Assembly (NCBI GenBank): GCA_038057125.1
Contig: JBBUDU010000002.1
Location: 85,240 to 149,239, forward strand
DNA length: 64,000 bases
Direction: 5' to 3'
DNA from: Patescibacteria group bacterium
GTDB lineage: Bacteria > Patescibacteriota > Minisyncoccia > Phycocordibacterales > UBA1550
Under the pieces are notes generated by a model. The model had not been told where the DNA came from and did no database searches. It saw only the letters and a program-made list of their open reading frames with translations. Shown in pieces: positions 1 to 8,989 of this stretch (the first letter of the stretch is position 1; each line of letters starts with the position of its first letter). Position numbers and translations under genes: made by a program.

Positions 1-109
1 CTGCAAAGAAAGCAACATAAATAATCATTTCCACAAGAGTAAACCCGCTAAAATTTTTCTTTGAAAAATTTTGACGGGTAAACCCAGTTTGTTTTTGTTT
101 GCCATTCAT
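1..109 (-). CDS. prepilin-type N-terminal domain (pilin-like) protein, first 36 codons only; continues past window start
   Basis: Own translation of minus strand from ATG at 109-107: MNGKQKQTGFTRQNFSKKNFSGFTLVEMIIYVAFFA. It has a G/FTLVE class-III signal motif (Glu+5) followed by a hydrophobic helix. The ATG lies 2 nt after the stop of the 112-600 gene. Confidence 0.6.
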   Translation of the reverse strand, partial: MNGKQKQTGFTRQNFSKKNFSGFTLVEMIIYVAFFA

Positions 110-111
110 AC

Positions 112-600
112 TCAGTTTCCAAATAAGTTCAAAATGTACGTCTGTATTGATCGCGTTGTCGTACCAACGACAGGGCTCCACCATGACACAAACACATTAA
201 CTAGCTTAGTCTCAGGATCATACGTTCCCGATGTAGCAATATCATTATTTAAATCGCGCTTAACGTCTGAAATGGTGAACCCGCGCTCAAACTTTCCGTC
301 GACAAGTGTTACAGCTGTTGTCCTTTCCCAGTTTGTACCGTTCCATAAAAAATAGTAAGTGGTTGTTGTAGATAGGCTAAAAATGTTGCTTGTATAGTTA
401 GTGTCGCGAAAAATCTTTACCACCTCAATACCTTCTTCAAGGAGGTAATCTCCTTGAATTGCCGACCCCGTTACGTTACTTGCGCGAAGTGTCGCCTGAA
501 AAAAAGTTGAAATACCCAAAAGAGATACAGACAGTACTGCTGAAGCAACAACAACTTCAACAAGACCGAAACCACGTGTGTAATATTGATTTTTTTTCAT
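112..600 (-). CDS. pilin-like protein with prepilin-type signal
   Basis: N-terminus MKKNQYYTRG/FGLVEVVVASAVL has Gly-1, Phe+1, Glu+5 and a hydrophobic helix. It sits in an operon with pilC and two other pilin-like genes. Confidence 0.75.
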   Translation of the reverse strand: MKKNQYYTRGFGLVEVVVASAVLSVSLLGISTFFQATLRASNVTGSAIQGDYLLEEGIEVVKIFRDTNYTSNIFSLSTTTTYYFLWNGTNWERTTAVTLVDGKFERGFTISDVKRDLNNDIATSGTYDPETKLVNVFVSWWSPVVGTTTRSIQTYILNLFGN

Positions 601-606
601 TTGTTA

Positions 607-1071
607 TTAATTAATTGTAGCAACCCCCGTCTGGAGTATCAATACTGTGGTACTTGCGGTCGTCCCCGTGACCAAAAGTGTCGTCGTTGCATTTTGAGTC
701 GTCGCACCGGTTATTTTTTGAAAAACAACTTCAGAGCCGCCGCCGTTTATCGTTGTAGTTGCTATGGTAAGAGAGAGATCAAAAATGTGTTCTTCGTTTG
801 TTGTCGAGGTCGCCACATAAGTCGTCCCCTGAAACAACACTATTTTCCCGGACTCAAAATATACACCGAATTGATTGTCGTTTTTTGATGAAACAGACAG
901 GAGACGTGCGCGGTTGATAGTCGTCAACAGTTCTTGTGTTTCCGTGTTTAAAATACTTTTTTGTCGGAAGGTTACGAACGAAGGGATTATGGTTGCAAGA
1001 AGAATACCCAAAATTGAAATTACGATGACTATCTCGAGGGCGGTAAAACCAGAACGGGTGAAATATTTCAT
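607..1071 (-). CDS. pilin/pseudopilin-like protein with prepilin-type signal
   Basis: N-terminus MKYFTRSG/FTALEIVIVISILGILLA is the classic prepilin cleavage/methylation motif. The start lies 1 nt from the pilC stop. Confidence 0.8.
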   Translation of the reverse strand: MKYFTRSGFTALEIVIVISILGILLATIIPSFVTFRQKSILNTETQELLTTINRARLLSVSSKNDNQFGVYFESGKIVLFQGTTYVATSTTNEEHIFDLSLTIATTTINGGGSEVVFQKITGATTQNATTTLLVTGTTASTTVLILQTGVATIN

Positions 1072-1072
1072 A

Positions 1073-2287
1073 TTAGATATTACTCATCACGCTATACATC
1101 GGCGAAATCATCGAGATTGCAAAAAATCCAACCGATACGCCAATGACCACCATAAGAACAGGTTCTATAATCGTCGACATATTTTTTGTTGCCTCATCAA
1201 CTTCGTTCTCGTAAAAGAGCGCGACATTGAGAAGCATTGCGGAAAGCTTTCCCGTCTCCTCTCCCACTTCAACCATATCGCCTACTAAAATTGGATAAAT
1301 ATCATTACCCGCAAAAACCGACGAAAGCGGAATACCTTTTTGAACACGCTCGCCCGCAAGAATCATCAAGTCCTTGTAGTACGAATTCTGGAGAACATCT
1401 TTTGTAATGTTGATTGCCGCGACCATATCGACGCCTGATGAAAGGAGCGACGAAAGCGTGCGGGTTGTGCGTGCCGCATTCGACTGACGCACAAGGTTTC
1501 CAACAATCGGCAATCGAAAAGATATTGTCTCAAATGCGCGCTTTCCTTTCTTTGTTCTGAGTATCATAATGATAGCCGTCACGGATCCAAAAACAGCGAG
1601 GGCTACCAACAAAAAGTTGTTCGACAAAGTATCGGATATCCAAATGATAACTTTTGTGCTCGTAGGAAGCTCGGTATTAAGGTCTTTGAATGTCGCGGCA
1701 AGAGTGGGGACCACGAAAATAAACATGAGCACCGCGATAATGAGAAGCGTTACGATAACAACCGCCGGATAAATCATAGCACCCTTAATCTTTTTTTTCA
1801 GCAAATAGCTTTTTTCAAGCTGATCGCCTACAACCAAAAGTGAGTCGGAAAGTCCGCCCGACTCTTCTCCTGCACGCACCATGGAAATAAAAATTGGTGA
1901 GAAAACTTTTGGGAACTTTGCCATTCCCGCCGAGAGCGTGGACCCGCGGCTGATTTCACTTACCAAGGTTTCAATAGTTTTTTTAAACGCAAGGTTTTTT
2001 GTTTGCCGACCCAAAATAGAAAGACCGCGAGAAAGGGAGAGTCCGGCTTTCATTATCGCGCTCAAGTTGTGCGCAAGTACAATGAGCTCTTGCATCTTTA
2101 CGCGTGAAAACATCGCGTTTATAGAATCCATGCTGAGTGTGAACCCGCTACTCATCTCCTCGACAGACACGACAGATTTACCGCTACTTCGCAAGTCTGA
2201 TGCAACGGCAAAACGATCCGCGGCTTCCATCTCGCCCGCGGTCTCTTCTCCCGACAGCTCCCGCACTCTGTATTTAAATTTTGGCAT
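1073..2287 (-). CDS. pilC: type IV pilus assembly platform protein PilC (GspF family)
   Basis: 404 aa with an internally duplicated GspF-type domain; the signature occurs twice (RAGEESGGL and EVGEETGKL). Three TM helices. Followed by pilin genes. Confidence 0.9.
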   Translation of the reverse strand: MPKFKYRVRELSGEETAGEMEAADRFAVASDLRSSGKSVVSVEEMSSGFTLSMDSINAMFSRVKMQELIVLAHNLSAIMKAGLSLSRGLSILGRQTKNLAFKKTIETLVSEISRGSTLSAGMAKFPKVFSPIFISMVRAGEESGGLSDSLLVVGDQLEKSYLLKKKIKGAMIYPAVVIVTLLIIAVLMFIFVVPTLAATFKDLNTELPTSTKVIIWISDTLSNNFLLVALAVFGSVTAIIMILRTKKGKRAFETISFRLPIVGNLVRQSNAARTTRTLSSLLSSGVDMVAAINITKDVLQNSYYKDLMILAGERVQKGIPLSSVFAGNDIYPILVGDMVEVGEETGKLSAMLLNVALFYENEVDEATKNMSTIIEPVLMVVIGVSVGFFAISMISPMYSVMSNI

Positions 2288-2332
2288 TGATTATATACTC
2301 TACAGTATATCAAAGTTTATTATTTTTCATTA
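2262..2332. repeat. 71-bp perfect direct repeat, copy 1 (last codons of paralog + 32-nt spacer + first 9 codons of pilC)
   Basis: Identical base for base to 3631-3701. Contains the inverted repeat ATATACT-CTAC-AGTATAT and TATAAT 2 nt upstream of the ATG (minus strand). Confidence 0.95.
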
Positions 2333-3405
2333 GTTTTATAGATTTTCTTCTCCCCACTCGGCAGTTCATACTGCAGTTCGGTATCGGAGAGCCACTCGGG
2401 TTTAAACCAGAATATAGGTTCATTTGTTGTTTCTATGAGTTTTTTTTCTTTTGTAAAAAGGTTATAGAGATAGAGAATTGATTTTTTGCCTTCCCGCTTA
2501 TGTTGTTCTTTTAATTCTTGGTCGAATTCAACATCTCCTGTCCAAACCTGTCCTGGCTGAATTGGGAGATAACCGGTATTAACATTGAGCGGAGAACCAC
2601 CCATAGCGCCGTTCGGCGCTTCAAATATCTCAGCTTTCCAATTTTGAGTATCTATCCTGAAGTAGCCGTTAACATAGGCGCCGTCAAAAATATCACCCCA
2701 GAAGTATCTGCTGTCATCTGTCCACGTATCAAAACCGAAACTTCCTGCCATATTTGGATATTGATCAAAGGTTGATTTTGCCGACAAAACAAAGACGTCT
2801 TTCAGGGTTTTGAGGTCTTTGATGATGAGTGCGTAGTCATCCTGACCGAGGTAACCTTTCTCGAGGGCGATATATTGTTCAAGCGGGGAGACGCGGAAGG
2901 TGGGGGAATAGTTATTGTTATTAAGATTATCTTCTTTTCCAAAATCAAACAAAACCATCAATAATTTCCCTCCTTCATTATTATAACCGTACTGCCACAA
3001 TTCGCCTCTATAATTTGGTAATGGTAATCCTTTTCCGTTATCATAATTAAAATCTTGAATAAAATAAACACCACATTTATGTAATTCCATAGGGTACGCA
3101 GAATCTCGAACATTATTAATTCGAAAGCTCTTAATTGCCACTCCTGTGTTTCTATTTTTTACAAAAATCAGCGGAGACCTTTCTTTAGGCTGAGTAATCT
3201 CTGGGAACAAGCTCGCACGATCATAATCGGCTATTTCATTTTCTTCTAGACATCCGTTTGGTGATAATTCCTTTTGTGTAACTTGCGTTTGATTGTTGTT
3301 TGCTTGACTAGCTGGTTTTTTTGAAAAGACAGAATAAATAACGCTTGCACCAATAACAAACAGAGCGACAACAAGAATACTCAAGATTGTAGTTTTTCTG
3401 CTCAT
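2320..3405 (-). CDS. membrane-anchored hypothetical protein, paralog A
   Basis: 361 aa with an N-terminal TM anchor. Full-length similarity to the 3689-4762 product, with shared blocks FRVSP.EQYIAL.KGY, IIKD.KTLKDVFVL and WLSDTELQYELP.GEKKIYK.NEK. Confidence 0.7.
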   Translation of the reverse strand: MSRKTTILSILVVALFVIGASVIYSVFSKKPASQANNNQTQVTQKELSPNGCLEENEIADYDRASLFPEITQPKERSPLIFVKNRNTGVAIKSFRINNVRDSAYPMELHKCGVYFIQDFNYDNGKGLPLPNYRGELWQYGYNNEGGKLLMVLFDFGKEDNLNNNNYSPTFRVSPLEQYIALEKGYLGQDDYALIIKDLKTLKDVFVLSAKSTFDQYPNMAGSFGFDTWTDDSRYFWGDIFDGAYVNGYFRIDTQNWKAEIFEAPNGAMGGSPLNVNTGYLPIQPGQVWTGDVEFDQELKEQHKREGKKSILYLYNLFTKEKKLIETTNEPIFWFKPEWLSDTELQYELPSGEKKIYKTNEK

Positions 3406-3410
3406 GGTAG

Positions 3411-3656
3411 TTAATATTCAAACCCAAGCACTCCCGATTTTGTAGTCAGTTTAACAATCACCAGTCCGGAAAGTGTTTGCTTGGTTTCCTCCTCGCCATT
3501 CTTTTTAACTTTTATTTCCGTTTCATTCTTCTCGCGACTATACTTTGCTTTGATTTCAAAAGCCTCTTTGCTTTCAATTTTCTGCTCCAATTCTTTAATT
3601 TCGCCTTCGGTTTCATCTCCAGACAATTCGCGCACTCTGTATTTAAATTTTGGCAT
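3411..3656 (-). CDS. 81-aa chimeric ORF (duplicated PilC N-terminus fused to a copy of the C-terminal module of the 1036-aa protein)
   Basis: The first 13 aa, MPKFKYRVRELSG, equal the PilC start. The remainder aligns to the last ~68 aa of the 5490-8600 product (KELEQK; LSGLVIVKLTTKSGVLGFEY vs FTGLRILKLMTDKGNLTVEY). Confidence 0.4.
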   Translation of the reverse strand: MPKFKYRVRELSGDETEGEIKELEQKIESKEAFEIKAKYSREKNETEIKVKKNGEEETKQTLSGLVIVKLTTKSGVLGFEY

Positions 3657-3701
3657 TGATTATATACTCTACAGTATATCAAAGTTTATTATTTTTCATT
3701 A
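3631..3701. repeat. 71-bp perfect direct repeat, copy 2
   Basis: Identical to 2262-2332. Identity decays gradually on both sides. Confidence 0.95.
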
Positions 3702-4762
3702 ATTTTGTATATCTTCTTTTCCCCAGTCGGCAACTCGTATTGAAGTTCAGTATCGGATAGCCAATAGGGTCGGAAATAATAAGTAGGGTCAGTGGTTGTG
3801 GCGATAAGATATTTCTTTTTTGTAAATAGGTTGTAAATGTAAAAAGAGGAGATTTGCCCAGTTTGTATTGCTTCTTTTTGAATTTGCTGGTCAATTTCCA
3901 CAACTCCAGACCAAGGAGCAACATCTTCCCCATAAGTTAACATCCCATTGTTTATGTTAAGCGCATCGCCACCCATTGTCATTTTGGGCGCAGGAAGCAC
4001 CTCGTATGTCCAATCTATTGTATTGATACGAACGAATCCATATACCTCGGCACCAATGAACATATTGACCCAAAGATATTTACCGTCGGAAGTCCAACCA
4101 CCAGGATTAAAACCAATATCACCCGCTACCTCGGGATTCTTTTTTGTTACGTCTGTAATCGGTAATACAAAAACATCTTTCAGCGTCTTGATGTCCTTGA
4201 TGACGATGGAATGATCATCTCTGCCTCCATATCCTTTTATGAGAGCGATATATTGTTCAAAGGGGGAGACACGAAAACTACCAGTATAGTATGAAATAAA
4301 TTCTTTTGGTTTCTCTGCCATCAAAATAATAGGTTCCCCATTCCCAGAATAATTATATTTCCACAGCTCTTCTTTATATCCTACATCGTGCTTTCCTTTT
4401 TTGGGATCATAATTAAATATCCTAACCACATAAATATTACATTTAAATAGCTGCAGAGTGAAAAGTCCGGTAGAATTGCCACTTATCTGAAAATTACGCC
4501 TTTCCAAATTAGTTATTTTATCTTTTACAAAAATTGTTACGGGGGATGTTGCAAAATATCCCATATTCCCCTTTCCACGAAGTGCCGAATTTTCACCTAT
4601 TTCGTCATCCATTAAGCAAGCATCATCTATCGACCTGCTGTCCACGATGAACTCCTGCACCACTGGTGTAATCTTCCTAATACCCCAAACATAATACCCG
4701 CCCACAACAAAAGCAATGATGGCGAGGAGTACGATAATAAAAACATATTTACCAAATTTCAT
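3689..4762 (-). CDS. membrane-anchored hypothetical protein, paralog B
   Basis: 357 aa with an N-terminal TM anchor (VFIIVLLAIIAFVVGGYYVW). Paralog of the 2320-3405 product. Confidence 0.7.
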   Translation of the reverse strand: MKFGKYVFIIVLLAIIAFVVGGYYVWGIRKITPVVQEFIVDSRSIDDACLMDDEIGENSALRGKGNMGYFATSPVTIFVKDKITNLERRNFQISGNSTGLFTLQLFKCNIYVVRIFNYDPKKGKHDVGYKEELWKYNYSGNGEPIILMAEKPKEFISYYTGSFRVSPFEQYIALIKGYGGRDDHSIVIKDIKTLKDVFVLPITDVTKKNPEVAGDIGFNPGGWTSDGKYLWVNMFIGAEVYGFVRINTIDWTYEVLPAPKMTMGGDALNINNGMLTYGEDVAPWSGVVEIDQQIQKEAIQTGQISSFYIYNLFTKKKYLIATTTDPTYYFRPYWLSDTELQYELPTGEKKIYKINEK

Positions 4763-4763
4763 A

Positions 4764-4892
4764 TTAATAATCTATTGTTTGCGTATTGTTTGCACTTGGT
4801 TTTTGTGGAAACTGCTTACGCAGGTATACCACTGCGCCGGTGGTGAATAGAGCAAGGATGATAAGCGACGCGATGATGGTTTTCTTGGTCAT
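4764..4892 (-). CDS. possible 42-aa single-TM peptide
   Basis: Own translation: MTKKTIIASLIILALFTTGAVVYLRKQFPQKPSANNTQTIDY. Its ATG overlaps the upstream stop (ATGA) and it fills an otherwise empty gap in the operon. It is below the ORF-track size cut-off. Confidence 0.35.
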   Translation of the reverse strand: MTKKTIIASLIILALFTTGAVVYLRKQFPQKPSANNTQTIDY

Positions 4893-5485
4893 TTGGTAAA
4901 TTTAAAGGTGGAGAGAATACTCTTTAATCCTACCTCGTGCTGACCTTCTACGCCAAACAAAACAATAAATTCATGCAACGGGAAAAAAACGTCTACCATT
5001 TTCATCCCTTCAAAATCATAGCGATATTGAGTTCCAGTAATATTATCAATCATAATTTCAGACTTTTTAGCGTTCAATCTTTGCATATTGATTAGGTAGT
5101 ATTTTAAAAAATCCTGGGGCTGAGTAACTATACTAATAGAATCTTGCTGATTTGTATTTTCCCCATCAATCTTCATTACCGTCGTGTTAAATTTATTAGA
5201 TGGATCTGTGGATACATTCTCTTCCCACTCCCACCCCTCCGGATACCAGAACTCAAAACCAAACTCTTCATTGCGATAGAGTTTCATACCAGGATGATTC
5301 TTGCTCGTTTGCGGTTGTGTTGTTGACGAAGAAATGCTGGTCGTGCTTAGTGCTTGTGTAGAGGTCGCAACAATAACTCCGATGTTGTTGAGATAATTTG
5401 TCTGTTGATATCGATACACAATTCCTATTATCGTTAGCGTGCCGACCAATATCACTACCACCGCGATGATTATTTTCTTTTTCAT
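4889..5485 (-). CDS. membrane-anchored hypothetical protein
   Basis: The track ORF starts at a TTG (5500). The ATG at 5485 gives MKKKIIIAVVVILVG, a TM anchor followed by a Ser/Thr linker and a globular domain (FGFEFWYPEGW). Confidence 0.6.
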   Translation of the reverse strand: MKKKIIIAVVVILVGTLTIIGIVYRYQQTNYLNNIGVIVATSTQALSTTSISSSTTQPQTSKNHPGMKLYRNEEFGFEFWYPEGWEWEENVSTDPSNKFNTTVMKIDGENTNQQDSISIVTQPQDFLKYYLINMQRLNAKKSEIMIDNITGTQYRYDFEGMKMVDVFFPLHEFIVLFGVEGQHEVGLKSILSTFKFTK

Positions 5486-5489
5486 GGTG

Positions 5490-8400
5490 CTAATATTCAA
5501 CAGTTAAGTTTCCCTTGTCCGTCATCAGCTTCAGAATCCTCAATCCTGTAAAAGTTTCTTTGACTCCGCTGGTGTCGTCATCTTCATTGTTATCATTGTT
5601 CCCTTTGATTTTCTTTTTAATTTTTGTGGTGTTTTTCTTCGCATCATAGTGTGCCTCAATTTTTAGGGTACCCACCGTCGTTTTTTGTTCAAGTTCTTTG
5701 AGGTTTCCCGACTTATCCACAGACCATTCGTATTTTAGTGTAGTTTTAGGAATTGTGCTCGTTAATACACCGTTATAGACAAGTCCACCCAGCTCCAGTT
5801 TAATTTCTTTTTTCCCTTGCTTATATTTACTGAAAATGATTTGAAGGGTATTGTCTGATTTGTCGGCAACAATCGTGCTCGTGGCAGTGGTTGAGACCAT
5901 GGTGGCGGAAAGATTGTCGGTGCCGATGATATTCAATTTTTGCGTAACTACATCAAAGGTTAGGGTCGCCTCGGGAGGCGTGGTGTCAAGGGTGATGGAA
6001 TTGTCGGCTCCAACAACGACACCGTATCCACCGGTAACTGGTATTTGACTCAATGGAACATTTTGCGCCAGCGGGATAGTAGTACTACCGGCAGTGAAAT
6101 CAAGGGAGTAGGTTTGGTCGGGAGTTGTACTTGCCATCGGAGAAATCTGTATACGGTAGGTGCCTTGTTTGAGGACGGGAGAGTAGGCAACATCCTCGGG
6201 GTAGCCCTGTGGGTCTATGTCTATCGTAGTATACATAAGATCACCGGATGACCGAATGTATTCTTCGTCGGTTGAAACGCCGGCAGTATCAGAAACACTA
6301 TTACCATCTGGGTCGGTAACAGAAAGGTGTATTGGTGAATGCTTGGTAATAGCCATGGCGATAGTGGCATTTTTGGGACGACCAAAGGCGACAAAACCTG
6401 AAACTTGTTTGTATGAATTTTTTAACTTGCCTTCAATTTTTTTACCTGGTTTTGGTGCGCTAACTACATCAAAGCCCCCGCTCTCACCAACATACATAGC
6501 CTCATGGTCAATACGCCCATTTCCATCCCAATCAAAAAATAACAAATCCCCAGGCTGCAAATCTGACTCTGCTACTGGCTGTACATTGTTGTAATATTGA
6601 TCATTCGCACTTTCATATTTAATAAAATTAGAGACAAAGTTTTTATGTGGATTATTTGATCGATTGTATGACCATCCAATTAAACCGGAACAATCAACAC
6701 CATCCCCTATCCCAAAATCTCCCTTCCCTGGCGCCTTGGCATCAGGATTCCAGTATTTGTAATTTGTCTTTACGGTATTAGTGTCAGTAAAAAGTCTGTT
6801 TGCAAAATCCCACCCTTTACCACCCCAAAGATAGTTCTGGTTTAACAACTCCTTTGCCAAGTCCGCTGCTTTTATATTTAAAGGTACCTTCACCTCAAAA
6901 TCTACATTCCCCACCACACCAAACTCCTGCCACGCACTCGTATTCCCCTTGTCGTCCACCGCTCGCGCGCGCCAGTGATACGCACCTTCAGGAATAGAAT
7001 TTTCTGTGGTGGTGGCAATACCTCCAGAAACAACGAAACTGCTTTCTAAAAGATTTGTTCCATCAAACAGTTGGCTTGATTCTTTTAATTCTACTTGGAG
7101 CTTAATGTGGTCATTGTCGATGTCGGAGAGAGTTGCTTCAAAAACAACTCTTTGTTCGGCAGTCATTACTCCTTCATTAATTGTAGTTACGCCGTCCGAT
7201 TTAAATTGCAAAATATTTGAAATTGTCGGTGGTTGATTGACGGGAACCTTCCACCCATCCTGTGTTATCCACGGCAAATTATCCTGGTCGCCGTAGAAAA
7301 CATACGGTGAATCACAGAAGTTGTCACTGTTTGCATCATTGCAACCCTCGACTGGCGTATCGTAATCGCTCCAATAGTTGCCACTGACTGGAGAAACAAG
7401 ATTGAATATGTTGCCACTGCCACCACTAACATAAGTCTGCGTGGAGTTATTGATAAAATTGTTATTATAGATTTGATTACCACTGGAATAATAGAAATGG
7501 ATTCCATAGTAATTATTTGACACAGTATTGCTGGTTATGGTGTTGCCACTGGAATAGGAAAGATAGGTTCCTAAATAATTATTAGATGTAGTGTTGTTGG
7601 TCAGGGTGTTATTATTACTGAAATAGTATAATTCAATTCCGGAAACATTATTTGATACATTGTTGTTGGTCAGCATATTGCCCATGGAAGAGTAGAAAAG
7701 TAGAATTCCTCTGCTGTTATTATTTAACGAAGTATTACTGGTCAGTGTGTTGCCACTGGAAGAGTAGAGGAAGATTCCGATGTTATTATTTGATAGGGTA
7801 GTGTTACTAGTCAGTGTGTTTCCAGTGGAAGATTCAAGGTAGATTCCATGGTAATTATTTGATAAAATGTTGTTGGCTATGGTATTCTTACTCGAAAAGT
7901 AAAGATAGATTCCGAATGAAAATTTTTTAATAATGAAGTTTCTGACAGTAACGCCAGTTCTTCCGTAAAGATAGACACCGGTTCCAGTATTGCTTCCTGT
8001 CAGAGTGTGGCCGTTGCCATCTAAGGTTACACTATCACTATCTATCTGAATGGTCTCGGTTAAATCTATATTAAGTGTGCAGGTTTTAGTAGTGATATCC
8101 CAATTACCGATGAGGTAACAATCGCCGCCAGTGGTGTCGTCTTTGATAAACTTGGTGCTGTGGCGTGGCTGGATGAAAATTACATGATTGGTTGATATAT
8201 CTTGTGTATATGAATATGCTCCACTACCGTCCGATTTGAATTCGGTTAGATTATGATAATTATCCTCATATCTATAGTATATGGTGCTTGGTTGGAAACC
8301 ATGAAGGGTTATTTGGGTTGAGGTGGAGGAAGTTGAAAAAGTGGGTGGCCATATCATCATAGTTACCATCTCGGGGACTGATTCCAGTTTTAATTTGACG

Positions 8401-8600
8401 GATTCAGTGCTGTCTAAAGTAATATTAAGGTAGCTACTATCGGTAATAGAAAAACTTGTACCAATACCTTCTGTTGTGCCTGCTGGAGTAAGTACGAACG
8501 AAGGAGGTATAACTTGTGCAGAGGCAGTATTGGCAATCAAAAAAACAGAAGAAACGACAAATAAAAATGAGGTTAGTGCGAAATCGCGCAAGGAAATCAT
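5490..8600 (-). CDS. large exported protein: parallel beta-helix repeats + NlpC/P60-type cell-wall peptidase domain
   Basis: 1036 aa.
- N-terminal signal-like segment ending ANTASAQ.
- About 10 tandem ~22-aa Asn/Ser-rich units (N.L..N..GI.L..SS.N).
- Papain-like NlpC/P60 signature DCSGLIGWSY ... GRIDHEAMYVG.
- Ig-like C-terminal part. Confidence 0.85.
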   Translation of the reverse strand: MISLRDFALTSFLFVVSSVFLIANTASAQVIPPSFVLTPAGTTEGIGTSFSITDSSYLNITLDSTESVKLKLESVPEMVTMMIWPPTFSTSSTSTQITLHGFQPSTIYYRYEDNYHNLTEFKSDGSGAYSYTQDISTNHVIFIQPRHSTKFIKDDTTGGDCYLIGNWDITTKTCTLNIDLTETIQIDSDSVTLDGNGHTLTGSNTGTGVYLYGRTGVTVRNFIIKKFSFGIYLYFSSKNTIANNILSNNYHGIYLESSTGNTLTSNTTLSNNNIGIFLYSSSGNTLTSNTSLNNNSRGILLFYSSMGNMLTNNNVSNNVSGIELYYFSNNNTLTNNTTSNNYLGTYLSYSSGNTITSNTVSNNYYGIHFYYSSGNQIYNNNFINNSTQTYVSGGSGNIFNLVSPVSGNYWSDYDTPVEGCNDANSDNFCDSPYVFYGDQDNLPWITQDGWKVPVNQPPTISNILQFKSDGVTTINEGVMTAEQRVVFEATLSDIDNDHIKLQVELKESSQLFDGTNLLESSFVVSGGIATTTENSIPEGAYHWRARAVDDKGNTSAWQEFGVVGNVDFEVKVPLNIKAADLAKELLNQNYLWGGKGWDFANRLFTDTNTVKTNYKYWNPDAKAPGKGDFGIGDGVDCSGLIGWSYNRSNNPHKNFVSNFIKYESANDQYYNNVQPVAESDLQPGDLLFFDWDGNGRIDHEAMYVGESGGFDVVSAPKPGKKIEGKLKNSYKQVSGFVAFGRPKNATIAMAITKHSPIHLSVTDPDGNSVSDTAGVSTDEEYIRSSGDLMYTTIDIDPQGYPEDVAYSPVLKQGTYRIQISPMASTTPDQTYSLDFTAGSTTIPLAQNVPLSQIPVTGGYGVVVGADNSITLDTTPPEATLTFDVVTQKLNIIGTDNLSATMVSTTATSTIVADKSDNTLQIIFSKYKQGKKEIKLELGGLVYNGVLTSTIPKTTLKYEWSVDKSGNLKELEQKTTVGTLKIEAHYDAKKNTTKIKKKIKGNNDNNEDDDTSGVKETFTGLRILKLMTDKGNLTVEY

Positions 8601-8797
8601 ATGCCGTAACTCTAGGTAAAAAGTGGAGTGGTGTCAAGTGCAAAAAGAAACAATGAACAACTAATTATTTGCATCTAAACCCCTCGACTTTTTAATCAGC
8701 TGACGGGTCACCAGAGCCGTGTCTTGGGCACTGGGCTTGGACATAAACACCTTGAAGACTTCCAACTCGTTTTATTCCCACTATCTGACCGCCAATA

Positions 8798-8861
8798 TAA
8801 AATAAATATCCTGCATAATAAGTTCACGACCGTGAACTTATTATGCAGGATATTTATTTTA
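8798..8861 (-). terminator. 31-bp-arm perfect palindrome downstream of pilB
   Basis: Arms 8798-8828 and 8831-8861 pair at every position (checked base by base), with a 2-nt centre. AT-rich and followed by a T-run on the minus strand. Confidence 0.6.
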
Positions 8862-8989
8862 CTCCAACACATGATCAGCCACATGCCTCGTATACAAGGC
8901 ACAAATATCAAGTTTTCTTGAGGCGTACTTTTCGTACTGTGAAAGGAAACTTTATATTTGTAACAAAGTAGACGTGGATGTGTGACGGA

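Noticed and set aside
2281-2319. TTGATA ... TATAAT in the pilC junction as a complete sigma70 promoter
   Set aside because: The spacer between the two hexamers is only 12 nt, and TATAAT is 2 nt from the ATG. It may still matter, but it does not fit a canonical promoter or the 7-nt leaderless geometry seen elsewhere.
8708-8921. Two overlapping 65-67 aa ORFs on opposite strands sharing the peptide NILHNKFT.VNLLCRIFIL
   Set aside because: They are mirror images generated by the 31-bp-arm perfect palindrome at 8798-8861. There is no independent coding evidence.
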